A stretch of 45,373 bases of DNA, taken from positions 1 to 45,373 of the forward strand of contig JBLHTX010000002.1 in the NCBI GenBank assembly GCA_047627635.1, written 5' to 3'. The notes under the pieces are model-generated. The model was not told where the DNA came from, did not search any database, and worked only from the letters and a program-made list of their open reading frames with translations. The translations under genes were made by a program, and so were the position numbers. Position 1 is the stretch's first letter. Each line of letters begins with the position of its first letter. This DNA comes from Alphaproteobacteria bacterium. GTDB lineage: Bacteria > Pseudomonadota > Alphaproteobacteria > JBCCNR01. Positions 36,524-45,059 of this stretch are shown in pieces.

Positions 36524-37882
36524 TTATTTTTCGTTAAAAGCAATTTCAGGGAATTGTTTGCGTAACATACCAATGCGTCTTAAATCGGTTGAGAAATGAA
36601 TATTCGTAAGCATTTCTTCTTCATTAAAATCCTGTTGACTGACGTGCGATAAGCGATGTAAGGCGGCAATGACTTCGGCCTGTATCACTGGAATAGTACT
36701 GTGATAGGCTTGTTTATATTGCCCCAAGAAATCATCAATTTTTGTCAGCACTTTATCGGTATCTTGATTTGTTTTTGCAGAACATAAAACATAATCTTGT
36801 TCACGCTTTTTGGCATCATCACAGATGGCTTGTAAAGTATCTATGGGGCAAATATCAATTTTATTAAAGACCTCGATGATAGGAATATGACATTCTTCAT
36901 CAAGAGAATTAAGGACTTTATTGACATCTTGGCATTGTAGTTCTGTTTCATTAGATGCAATATCACGGACATGAAGAATAAGATCAGCCGTTAAGACCTC
37001 CTCAAGAGTTGCCCGAAACGCCTTAACCAGCTGTGTTGGCAAATTAGAGATAAATCCCACAGTATCGGATAAAATAACTTTGTCGCCTGACGGTAGCTTT
37101 AACGTGCGTAACGTTGGGTCAAGCGTTGCAAACAGCATATCAGCCTCAAGCACGGCACTGTTTGTTAATTGGTTAAATAGGGTCGATTTACCCGTATTTG
37201 TGTATCCTGCAAGCGCAATAATGGGGTAGGGCACTTTTTTACGGGCATAGCGGTGTAATGTGCGTGTTTTAACAACATCACCAAGCGCACGCTCGATTTT
37301 GATAATTTTTTCGTCAATCATCCTGCGATCCGCTTCTTTTTGCGTTTCCCCAGGGCCACCTATAAAGCCACCACCGCCACGTTGTCTTTCTAAATGAGAC
37401 CACGCTTTGACAAGACGACTTTTTTGATAATTCATTTGGGCAAGTTCAACCTGTAACTTACCTTCTTTTGTTGCAGCGCGTTGACCAAATATCTCGAGGA
37501 TAAGACCAATACGATCAAGAATTTTAACGCCCAAAGCTTTTTCAAGATTACGCTGCTGTATGGGTGAGACATGCCAATTGATAACAATAAGCTCTGCTTT
37601 ATGTAAGGTCACAAGGTCTTGGATGCCCTCAAGCCGATCATCAGAGAAAATTTGCCCAGCATTAATTGACCGCAACTTTATTGCCTCTTGGTGGCAAATT
37701 GTAAGATCAATAGCACAGCACAATGTAACCGCTTCCTCAAGGGATTGTTGAGGTGTGCGATGCATTTCATGAGTATGCTCACTGTTATATGATCTTGAAG
37801 AATCATATAGATGATAGACAAGAATAGGTGTCATAAAAAAACCGTAAAAAGAATTATACTTCTTCTTTATCGTCTTTTTCAT
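36524..37882 (-). CDS. hflX: GTPase HflX
   Basis: [16 protein letters not shown]-type motif ([17 protein letters not shown]), G1 [18 protein letters not shown]. The start is uncertain: 37882 overlaps hfq by 29 nt, and the alternative ATG is at 37834. Confidence 0.9.
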   Translation of the reverse strand: MKKTIKKKYNSFYGFFMTPILVYHLYDSSRSYNSEHTHEMHRTPQQSLEEAVTLCCAIDLTICHQEAIKLRSINAGQIFSDDRLEGIQDLVTLHKAELIVINWHVSPIQQRNLEKALGVKILDRIGLILEIFGQRAATKEGKLQVELAQMNYQKSRLVKAWSHLERQRGGGGFIGGPGETQKEADRRMIDEKIIKIERALGDVVKTRTLHRYARKKVPYPIIALAGYTNTGKSTLFNQLTNSAVLEADMLFATLDPTLRTLKLPSGDKVILSDTVGFISNLPTQLVKAFRATLEEVLTADLILHVRDIASNETELQCQDVNKVLNSLDEECHIPIIEVFNKIDICPIDTLQAICDDAKKREQDYVLCSAKTNQDTDKVLTKIDDFLGQYKQAYHSTIPVIQAEVIAALHRLSHVSQQDFNEEEMLTNIHFSTDLRRIGMLRKQFPEIAFNEK

Positions 37883-38105
37883 CTTCTGGCATTAAAGAAA
37901 TGGGTTGTGATGGCATTATTGTTGAAACTGCGTGTTTATAGACCATCTGCGAGATACCATCTTTGCGTAATAGCAGACAAAAATTATCAAACCATGTCAC
38001 AATGCCTTGTAATTTTACACCATTCATTAAAAACACAGTGACTGGTATTTTTGTTTTACGCACTTGATTCAAAAACGTATCTTGTAAATTATTTTTTTCA
38101 GCCAC
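37854..38105 (-). CDS. hfq: RNA chaperone Hfq
   Basis: [40 protein letters not shown]...[11 protein letters not shown] matches the Sm1/Sm2 motifs. Confidence 0.95.
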   Translation of the reverse strand: MAEKNNLQDTFLNQVRKTKIPVTVFLMNGVKLQGIVTWFDNFCLLLRKDGISQMVYKHAVSTIMPSQPISLMPEDEKDDKEEV

Positions 38106-38282
38106 GGATTAACCCCATTTTTATTATCATTATAACAACGCTGATATGCTTGTTATTCATGATCTAATTTAACCATAATATAGTAAAAAAAAAATTAATA
38201 TTTTATCTGTTTAATATCAAGGCCTTAGGGGGTGGTTTTAAAAAAAAACAGTAAAAAGTGATTCTTATTAAAGGATAAAGTG

Positions 38283-38665
38283 AGGGGATTCTGATGCCCG
38301 GTTCCCCTCGAACCGCGCCTAGCTAAGGCAAATGCTAGCTAGGAGTTTGTGAGCGAAAATTGTTGCCGAATAAGCAACGCATTTCTTATGCTGCTAGGGC
38401 AACTTCGTCATTTCTGACAGAGTTGTCGTTTGCAGCGTTCATCACTGGCCTGTTTGAATTGGCAGTTGTGAATAAAGTCTAATAACGGATAGCACAATCC
38501 CGAGACAAAGGTAACGCCTTTAGACAGCCGTCTAGCCTATTTCGTCCCCATAAATAATAATAGAAAATATTATTAAAATGGTGGAGACGCCGGGTACCGC
38601 CCCCGGGTCCGACATGTGTATTACACGCCCGTTTATGTCTATAGTTCCCTTGCGAACAAGGTAAC
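38283..38665 (-). ncRNA. ssrA: tmRNA (ssrA), circularly permuted two-piece alphaproteobacterial type
   Basis: On the minus strand the acceptor piece ends ...GGAC-CCGGG-GGCGGTA-CCCGG-C-GTCTCC-A-CCA at nt 38579. A 29-nt AT-only spacer follows (38578-38550). The coding piece then starts GGGGAC at 38549. GGGGAC pairs with GTCTCC and gives the G3:U alanine identity pair. The tag ORF ends in ALAA. Outer ends are approximate. Confidence 0.85.
38386..38433 (-). other. tmRNA tag reading frame: (A)ANDNSVRNDEVALAA-stop
   Basis: GCA AAC GAC AAC TCT GTC AGA AAT GAC GAA GTT GCC CTA GCA GCA TAA. It has the ANDN start and ALAA end typical of SsrA degrons. An in-frame GCT immediately upstream makes the resume codon ambiguous. 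Confidence 0.75.
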
Positions 38666-38671
38666 AATTTG

Positions 38672-38699
38672 ATTATAAGGGTATTTTATAAAAAAACAA
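38672..38699 (-). promoter_or_regulatory. Candidate sigma70-type promoter of ssrA
   Basis: On the minus strand: TTGTTT (38699-38694), a 16-nt spacer, then TATAAT (38677-38672). It is placed just upstream of a CCTTG-TTCG-CAAGG hairpin that opens the acceptor piece. Confidence 0.4.
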
Positions 38700-38713
38700 T
38701 GAATTTATACGAA

Positions 38714-38743
38714 AAATACCCTTAATTATTATTAAGGGTATTT
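38714..38743 (-). terminator. Intrinsic terminator after the downstream PEP-CTERM-like gene
   Basis: Perfect 12-bp stem AAATACCCTTAA/TTAAGGGTATTT with a 6-nt loop, 25 nt past the stop. On the minus strand the stem runs into TTTTTCG. Confidence 0.55.
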
Positions 38744-38767
38744 GGGATAGGGAATAAAGTGTAAAAA

Positions 38768-39421
38768 TTATGATTTTTTACGGATACCAAAGAATAAACC
38801 AAGTGCTGAAAGCATAACAAATAAACCAACAGGCTCGGAGGCAGGTGTTGATGGGGGCGTTGGGATTATAACTTCAGTTGTCGGTTGTCCTCTAAAATCA
38901 GAAACATTATAGATACTACCAATTGCATAATCTGTAATTGCACCAGTATTGTCATAAGTAAATTCAGTATCAAATCCACCTTTAAACCAAACACCTGCAT
39001 TTTCGTCAATTGCAAATGGTGTGCCGCCATTATTGATTGCAAGTTGGTTTACACCTGATAAATCAACTTCATATTGTTGACCATTATTAGAAATTGCTCC
39101 TGTAAAAGAACCCAGAAAATTTTCACTGAAAACATTTGAAGCAAGAGGCTCACCATTACCATTGGTATAAGAATAGGCTGATATAATGTTGTTATCAACA
39201 TCACCGATTAACTGAACACCACTGTTAGGAATATTACCGTTAGTGACAACCATACCCCATGAATCGCTGTTATCTCTAAGGACAAAAGAGGATGAAACAA
39301 AATTCGAGCCTGTATCATAAACAAGTTGAAAGTTGTTATCTTGAATACCAAAGGTTTGTGCACTTGATAGGGTTACAGTTAAAAGTAATGCACTGATTGT
39401 AGATAGAAGTGTTTTTTTCAT
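38768..39421 (-). CDS. Secreted protein with a PEP-CTERM-like (SEP variant) C-terminal sorting signal, paralog A
   Basis: Signal peptide MKKTLLSTISALLLTVTLSSAQT. C-terminus PPSTPA-SEP-VGLFVMLSALGLFFGI-RKKS, which is the motif, a TM helix and a basic tail in that order. Confidence 0.7.
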   Translation of the reverse strand: MKKTLLSTISALLLTVTLSSAQTFGIQDNNFQLVYDTGSNFVSSSFVLRDNSDSWGMVVTNGNIPNSGVQLIGDVDNNIISAYSYTNGNGEPLASNVFSENFLGSFTGAISNNGQQYEVDLSGVNQLAINNGGTPFAIDENAGVWFKGGFDTEFTYDNTGAITDYAIGSIYNVSDFRGQPTTEVIIPTPPSTPASEPVGLFVMLSALGLFFGIRKKS

Positions 39422-39477
39422 AATAAAGGAAGTTCCATTTAAGTATTGATTTAAAAAAATTGATTAAAATATAATGA

Positions 39478-40179
39478 TTATGATTTGCGAACTCTAAAGA
39501 ATAATCCAAGAGCTGAAAGCATAATCAACAAGCCAGCAGGCTCGGATATTGAGGAAGGTGGGTTATGCGTAGGCGTTACAACTGTTGTTGTTTTGTTAGA
39601 ATAGTCAATATTGTTTTTGAATTCATGCGCTGTGTATGAGGCAATAGAACCATCTGCATTATAGTCAATTGTTGCGTCAACGCCTTGTTTAAACCAAACG
39701 CCTGAATTATCGCTGATTTCGAAAGGTGAACCGCCAAGATCAGTTGATTTTTGATTAACATCAGCAATGTTAATATTAAAACCATAGCTATCACCATTTT
39801 GCGTTAAAGCACCTTCAAAACGCCCAAGAAAAGTACCCGTTTGGTAGTTATTTTCATTTTGCCCAGGTGTATAGCTATAAGCTGTAATGATATTGCTATC
39901 TAGATCACCAATAAGTTGTACATTATTGCCATTGCCAGGATGTGGGCCATCTGTAACAACCATCCACCAACTATTATGTGCACGGTTAAGTGATCCATCT
40001 GGTTTGACAGGGATTACATAATTTGCCACAATATCACCATTAACATTATTGTAGCTAAGGGAGAAGATTTTATCATCATCCGTAGTATTTGTGGTGTAAG
40101 TATTAGCATTCACATACAAACTGGTCGATAACAGGATTACTATAAATATTGAAATTCTTTCAATAAGATTCCGTAGCAT
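39478..40179 (-). CDS. Secreted protein with a PEP-CTERM-like (SEP variant) C-terminal sorting signal, paralog B
   Basis: I chose the ATG at 40179 (AAGGAA 7 nt upstream), which gives the signal peptide MLRNLIERISIFIVILLSTSLYVNA. C-terminus SI-SEP-AGLLIMLSALGLFF-RVRKS. Shares WMVVT.G...VQLIGD.D.NII.AYSYT and GG.PF.I.-N.GVWFK blocks with paralog A. Confidence 0.7.
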   Translation of the reverse strand: MLRNLIERISIFIVILLSTSLYVNANTYTTNTTDDDKIFSLSYNNVNGDIVANYVIPVKPDGSLNRAHNSWWMVVTDGPHPGNGNNVQLIGDLDSNIITAYSYTPGQNENNYQTGTFLGRFEGALTQNGDSYGFNINIADVNQKSTDLGGSPFEISDNSGVWFKQGVDATIDYNADGSIASYTAHEFKNNIDYSNKTTTVVTPTHNPPSSISEPAGLLIMLSALGLFFRVRKS

Positions 40180-40332
40180 ATCAATTCCTTTAATAAGATA
40201 TATTTTGCAACGATATAGGTTTTTTAATGATTTGTAAAGGATAAAATACATATTGCATTATATTTATGTGTTTTTTTTGTTTTATAAAACAAAATCACTA
40301 TATGGTACTATATAAACGCACATATTAAAATA

Positions 40333-41991
40333 TTATGCCAAGTGATCTTGTATTAAGTTTTTGGCCGCTGCAAGTGCTTCATCGGTAATAGTTGCCCCAG
40401 AAAGCATACGGGCAATTTCATTGTGACGGCTTTGCCCCGTTAGGGATTGGATAACGGAAAATGTTTGATGATTATGCACTTGTTTTTCAATATGAAAGTG
40501 CGTATCGCCCTTAGCTGCGACTTGTGGGGAATGGGTTATCACAATTAATTGACCAATTTTTTGTGATAAATCGCGTAATTTTAATCCTACTGCCTCGGCA
40601 GTTGCACCACCAACGCCTCGATCAATTTCATCGAAAATGAGACAGCTATAATTATCAATAATGGCCGATTTTGCACTCAGCATAAAGCGTGATAATTCAC
40701 CGCCCGAAGCTGTTTTATGCAATTCACCAAATGCCATGCCTTGACTGGTTGCAAGCTCGAACAAGACCTTGTCAGAGCCATATTGTGACGGCGATGCTGG
40801 GACAAGAGTAATACGAAACTGGGCGTGCTTCATGTTTAAATCATGCAGCCCCGCAGTGATTTTTTTCTCAAGAAAGGGGATATGGGTTAAACGGTTTTGA
40901 CGTAAAATATTGGCTTTTTGTGTGTAGTCATCAAGCGTATTTTGATACGCTTTTTCAAGAGCATCGAAATTGGCTTCACTATTGTCGATTTTTTCAAGCT
41001 TTGTTTGAAACTCAGAGTAAAGATGCGCCAAATTATCAACGCTTACATGATGTTTACGAGCCGCTGCCCTGAGGGCAAACAGCCGTTCCTCGGTATCATT
41101 TAACAAATTTGGATCAAATTCAAGCGTTGCATTAAAGCGTGACAAAGCCTGCACTGCACCGCTAATATGCTCAAGTGCTTGATTAAGGCTTGTGGTAATA
41201 GGCGGCAAGTCAGTGTCAAAACTAGATTCAAGACCTGAGAGGTTTTTAATACTCTGCAATAAAATGCTCTCAATACCGCCGCCATCATAGGTAAGGCTTT
41301 GCTCGATGCTTTGTAATTGGACGGCATTTTTCTCGATATTCATCATGGTGGTACGGGTTGCAATCAGCTGATCTTCTTCACCAATTTGCGGATTAAGACT
41401 GGATAGTTCCGCCACGACATGATTTAAATAATCTTTTTCCCTTAAGGCATTTTGCAAGGCAATTTTTTCGGACTCAATTTGTTTTTTTATTGAATCCATC
41501 TTATGAAAACTGTTGCTGACGGCTTGTTTAATATCGCTATCAATAATTAAACTATCGAGCATTTTACGAAAACCAGCAGGATTTAAAAAACGATGATCTT
41601 CGAATTGTCCAATCATTTGCACATAATAATCCGCAAGATTAGCCAAAAATCCAGCGGTGACCAAGACACCATTAACATAGCATTTTGCAGGTTTGGTTTT
41701 GTGCACAATACGGCGAATAATAATTTGGCTATCGGGGGTAATGTCGTATGTATCAAGCAAGGCATTAATATCGGATGAGTGATGTTTGAATGTTAATTCT
41801 AGAGTTGATTTATCACAGCCTGTACGCACAAAGCTTGCGTCAGAGCGGCCACCAAAAAGAAAATTCAAGCTTGCAAGAATTGTCGATTTTCCGGCACCTG
41901 TTTCACCCGTAATAATATTAAGCCCTTTGGTGAAATCAATGTGCAGATTTGGAAAGACTAAAAAATTTTCAACGGATAAGGTTTCTAACAT
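40333..41991 (-). CDS. recN: DNA repair protein RecN
   Basis: Walker A ITGETGAGKSTI, long coiled-coil middle region, SGGELSR signature, FDEIDRGVGG Walker B. Confidence 0.95.
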   Translation of the reverse strand: MLETLSVENFLVFPNLHIDFTKGLNIITGETGAGKSTILASLNFLFGGRSDASFVRTGCDKSTLELTFKHHSSDINALLDTYDITPDSQIIIRRIVHKTKPAKCYVNGVLVTAGFLANLADYYVQMIGQFEDHRFLNPAGFRKMLDSLIIDSDIKQAVSNSFHKMDSIKKQIESEKIALQNALREKDYLNHVVAELSSLNPQIGEEDQLIATRTTMMNIEKNAVQLQSIEQSLTYDGGGIESILLQSIKNLSGLESSFDTDLPPITTSLNQALEHISGAVQALSRFNATLEFDPNLLNDTEERLFALRAAARKHHVSVDNLAHLYSEFQTKLEKIDNSEANFDALEKAYQNTLDDYTQKANILRQNRLTHIPFLEKKITAGLHDLNMKHAQFRITLVPASPSQYGSDKVLFELATSQGMAFGELHKTASGGELSRFMLSAKSAIIDNYSCLIFDEIDRGVGGATAEAVGLKLRDLSQKIGQLIVITHSPQVAAKGDTHFHIEKQVHNHQTFSVIQSLTGQSRHNEIARMLSGATITDEALAAAKNLIQDHLA

Positions 41992-42132
41992 AGGTTTTCA
42001 GAAGATTGCATTTAAGATGTTTTATAACATTGATTTAAAAAAATTGAAACAATTTTACGCTTTGCGTTGCAATTGAAGCAAAAAAAGCCTAAGAAGCACC
42101 AATAAATAGATTTTAATTTAAAAGGTAAGTAT

Positions 42133-43158
42133 ATGCAATATCGGGTTGCTGTGATTGGTGCAACAGGCAGTGTTGGGCGTGAAATGTTGAGTATTCTTGC
42201 TGAGCGTAAATTTCCATATTCTGAAGTGTACGCTATTGCGTCACGTCGCTCGATGGGAACTGAGGTTTCTTTTGGCGATAAAGTATTAAAATGCCAAGAC
42301 ATTGAACAATTTGATTTTTCTAAGGTTGACCTTGTTTTAATGTCAGCAGGTTCAGAAGTTGCTAAGTTATGGGCGCCGAAAATCGGTAAAATGGGTGCAA
42401 TGGTAATCGATAATTCATCATTTTGGCGTTATGATAGCCGTGTACCTTTGATTGTCCCCGAGGTCAATCCTGATGCGATTGTAGATTGCAAAAACATGAA
42501 TATTATCGCTAATCCCAATTGCTCAACCGCGCAGCTTGTGGTTGCTCTTAAGCCTTTGCATGATTTCGCCAAAATTAAACGGGTTGTTGTGTCAACTTAT
42601 CAATCAGTATCGGGTGGCGGCAAAGAAGCAGTGGATGAATTATTCAGCCAAACACGTGCCGTATTTGTGGCCGATCCTGTGGAATCCCATGTTTTCACTA
42701 AACGGATTGCATTTAATGTTATTCCTCATATCGATAGCTTTATGGCAGATGGATACACCAAAGAAGAATGGAAAGTATTGGCAGAAACGAAAAAAATGCT
42801 TGATAAAAACATTGCCGTTACCTGTACTGCCGTGCGTGTACCTGTGTTTATTGGTCATGCCGAAAGTGTGAATATTGAGTTTGAAAATCCAATCACCGAC
42901 GATCAAGCCCGTGATATTCTTGAAGAAGCCGAAGGTATTCTAGTCACTGATCGTCGTGAAGATGCTGGCTATATTACGCCCCACGATTCAGCAGGCGAAG
43001 ATTCAGTCTTTGTGAGCCGTATTCGCCAAGATAACACTATTGAGAACGGTTTAAATATGTGGATTGTGTCAGATAATCTTCGCAAGGGTGCAGCCCTTAA
43101 TTCGATTCAAATTGCTGAATTACTTGTTCAAAGAAAATTGCTTCATAATGGCACATGA
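42133..43158 (+). CDS. asd: Aspartate-semialdehyde dehydrogenase
   Basis: VAVIGATGSVGREM, NPNCSTAQLV (active-site Cys) and SVSGGGK motifs. Confidence 0.95.
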   Translation: MQYRVAVIGATGSVGREMLSILAERKFPYSEVYAIASRRSMGTEVSFGDKVLKCQDIEQFDFSKVDLVLMSAGSEVAKLWAPKIGKMGAMVIDNSSFWRYDSRVPLIVPEVNPDAIVDCKNMNIIANPNCSTAQLVVALKPLHDFAKIKRVVVSTYQSVSGGGKEAVDELFSQTRAVFVADPVESHVFTKRIAFNVIPHIDSFMADGYTKEEWKVLAETKKMLDKNIAVTCTAVRVPVFIGHAESVNIEFENPITDDQARDILEEAEGILVTDRREDAGYITPHDSAGEDSVFVSRIRQDNTIENGLNMWIVSDNLRKGAALNSIQIAELLVQRKLLHNGT

Positions 43159-44236
43159 TATAAACCGTGAACAATGTTCCGCCTATGAATTATGTGGTGG
43201 ATGCTCGTATCAGCATCTTTCGGGATCCGATTATAAGGCATTAAAAATAAATTATTTTAACAATGCTTTTGCCTCGCTTCAGTTAAATGATGCGTGTTAT
43301 CAGACCCCAATTTTTATTCCGCATCACACCCGAAGACGCACAGCCATTAGTTTTTACAATGATGGTAAAAATTATGTTTGGGGCTATAAGCAAGCCAAAA
43401 GTCATAAAATTATTGCCGCCCCCGATTGTGTTGTTGTTACGCCTCTAATTGAAAAAACTATGCCAATTTTGGCAGAATTAATCGAGCCGCTTGTGAAACA
43501 AGACATTCAGGTAAAGGCTTATATTACCGAAGCACATAATGGGCTTGATATTCACCTTAAGGGATTAAAAGCACCAAAACCCAAAGCACTTAGTCACTTT
43601 AACGAGGTTTTCTTTAAGGCTATCCCCAAGGCCATACGCCTCAGTATTGATGATGATATTATTGGGCAAACACACATGCCTTTGATCGATATTGCTGGTT
43701 TTCAAATGCCATTACCGCATGATGTTTTTTTACAGCCTTCTCAGCAGGGGCAAAATATTTTGATTGAAAAAGTCATGGCAGGGCTTGGTAAAACAAATAA
43801 GAAAACCAAGATCATTGATTTATTCTGTGGTCTTGGCACATTTACTTTGCCGATTTCCCAGCAATGCTATGTTGCGGGATATGACAATGCAGGGAATGCG
43901 ATTGATGCCCTGATTGATATTAAAAAACACGAGAATCTAGATCATCGCCTTGATGTCTTTAAACGTGATTTGTTCCGTGATCCTGTCTCGTTTATGGAAT
44001 TAAAACAATTCGATATTGCCGTTATCGATCCGCCTCGTGCAGGTGCACAAGCACAAATGGAGCAAATGGCCAAAAGTAGTTTGAAAAAAATTATTTATGT
44101 TTTTTGTGATACACAAACTGCCGCCCGTGATTTGAAAATTTTAACACAAAATGGTTTTACAATAAAATCACTGACCGCCATCGATCAGTTTGTTGATAGT
44201 CAGCATATTGAGGGTATTGCTATTATTTGCAAATAA
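43148..44236 (+). CDS. RumA/TrmA-family SAM-dependent RNA (uracil-5)-methyltransferase
   Basis: Fe-S cluster motif CSAYELCGGCSYQH, SAM motif DLFCGLGTFTLP, DPPRAGA, and the catalytic-Cys region YVFCDTQTAARD. I chose the ATG at 43148, which overlaps the asd stop by 11 nt. The track start at 43064 is an extension inside asd. Confidence 0.8.
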   Translation: MAHDINREQCSAYELCGGCSYQHLSGSDYKALKINYFNNAFASLQLNDACYQTPIFIPHHTRRRTAISFYNDGKNYVWGYKQAKSHKIIAAPDCVVVTPLIEKTMPILAELIEPLVKQDIQVKAYITEAHNGLDIHLKGLKAPKPKALSHFNEVFFKAIPKAIRLSIDDDIIGQTHMPLIDIAGFQMPLPHDVFLQPSQQGQNILIEKVMAGLGKTNKKTKIIDLFCGLGTFTLPISQQCYVAGYDNAGNAIDALIDIKKHENLDHRLDVFKRDLFRDPVSFMELKQFDIAVIDPPRAGAQAQMEQMAKSSLKKIIYVFCDTQTAARDLKILTQNGFTIKSLTAIDQFVDSQHIEGIAIICK

Positions 44237-44248
44237 TTCATAATTTTT

Positions 44249-44980
44249 TTAATGATTGATCCAAAGGCTTTTTTGTCGGAATTTTTCAACAAAGGCACGA
44301 TGTGCCAAAAGCTCTTCTTCGGTTAAAAAATTTTGTAAAGTGCGTGGACGCTTTAAGGAAATTTGTGGCGTTTGCACATTGGCAGTTTTTATTGTGGCGG
44401 TATCGGAGGCATCGGTTTGGTCATTTTGCGATAGAGCCGATTCTGTGTCATTAAACATAAGACTTGGTGAGCGTCCTTCGCAAAGATTTAAATAAACCTC
44501 AGCCAATAATTCTGTATCAATTAACGCGCCATGTTTGGTTCGATCAGCAAGGGAAATGCTAAAGCGTTTGCAAAGGGCATCGAGCGTTGCGGGCGATCCA
44601 GGGAATTTTTTGCGGGCAATCAGCAGCGTATCAATAATTTCATTTTGATCTAATAAGGGTTTTTTCGCCCATCTTAATTCGGTATTTAAAAACTTCATAT
44701 CAAAAGCAGCATTATGAATCACAAGCGGCATATCGCCAATAAATTCAAGTAAATCGTCGGCAATTTGGGCAAAATATGGCTTGTCACGCAAAAACTCATC
44801 GCCTAAGCCATGCACATTAAAGGCGGCTTGGGGCATTTGACGATTTGGATTGACATAGCGATGAAATGTGTTGCCTGTTGGCAGATAATTTTCAAGCTCG
44901 ACGCAGGCAATCTCGCACAGGCGATCACCTTTTGCAGGGTCAAAGCCCGTTGTTTCAGTATCAAGACAAATATGACGCAT
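44249..44980 (-). CDS. dnaQ: DNA polymerase III epsilon subunit (3'-5' exonuclease)
   Basis: Exo motifs ICLDTETTG, VIHNAAFDMKFL and HGALIDTELLAEVY. Confidence 0.9.
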   Translation of the reverse strand: MRHICLDTETTGFDPAKGDRLCEIACVELENYLPTGNTFHRYVNPNRQMPQAAFNVHGLGDEFLRDKPYFAQIADDLLEFIGDMPLVIHNAAFDMKFLNTELRWAKKPLLDQNEIIDTLLIARKKFPGSPATLDALCKRFSISLADRTKHGALIDTELLAEVYLNLCEGRSPSLMFNDTESALSQNDQTDASDTATIKTANVQTPQISLKRPRTLQNFLTEEELLAHRAFVEKFRQKSLWINH

Positions 44981-45059
44981 TAAAAATCTTTTTCTTTTGC
45001 TATAAATTTGTTACTTTATTATCATAATCTTCTTGAAACTCCAAAGGTTTATCAGTTCT

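Noticed and set aside
38185-38258. A10 and A9 homopolymers upstream of hfq as possible phase-variable promoter spacers
   Set aside because: Long A/T runs are common throughout this AT-rich sequence. Examples include a T9 tract inside the EnvZ-like kinase gene and a poly-T run in the DUF2125-like gene. These runs are therefore not statistically notable, unlike the C9 tract.
38479-38667. 62-aa ORF in the track (MLPCSQGNYRHKRACNTHVGPGGG...)
   Set aside because: It lies entirely inside the tmRNA gene, has a TTG start and no RBS. Its open frame is explained by the structured RNA sequence.
38106-40332. Genomic island integrated at ssrA that would explain the PEP-CTERM-like pair
   Set aside because: The pair lies on the promoter (5') side of ssrA rather than at its 3' end. 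There is no integrase, and I found no duplicated copy of the tmRNA 3' end flanking the region.
41992-42132. Alphaproteobacterial LexA box (GTTC-N7-GTTC / GAAC-N7-GAAC) upstream of recN
   Set aside because: I scanned the intergenic region by eye and found no match. Only a trivial CAATTG palindrome is present.
41786-42302. Two 96-aa ORFs (41786-42076 + and 42012-42302 -) spanning the recN-asd intergenic region
   Set aside because: Each overlaps the 5' end of a well-supported gene (recN or asd) in another frame or strand. Both have low-complexity composition, and I saw no RBS.
43064-43147. Upstream extension of the RNA methyltransferase ORF
   Set aside because: The extension lies inside asd in another frame. 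The conserved protein begins at the ATG at 43148, just before the CGGC cluster motif.
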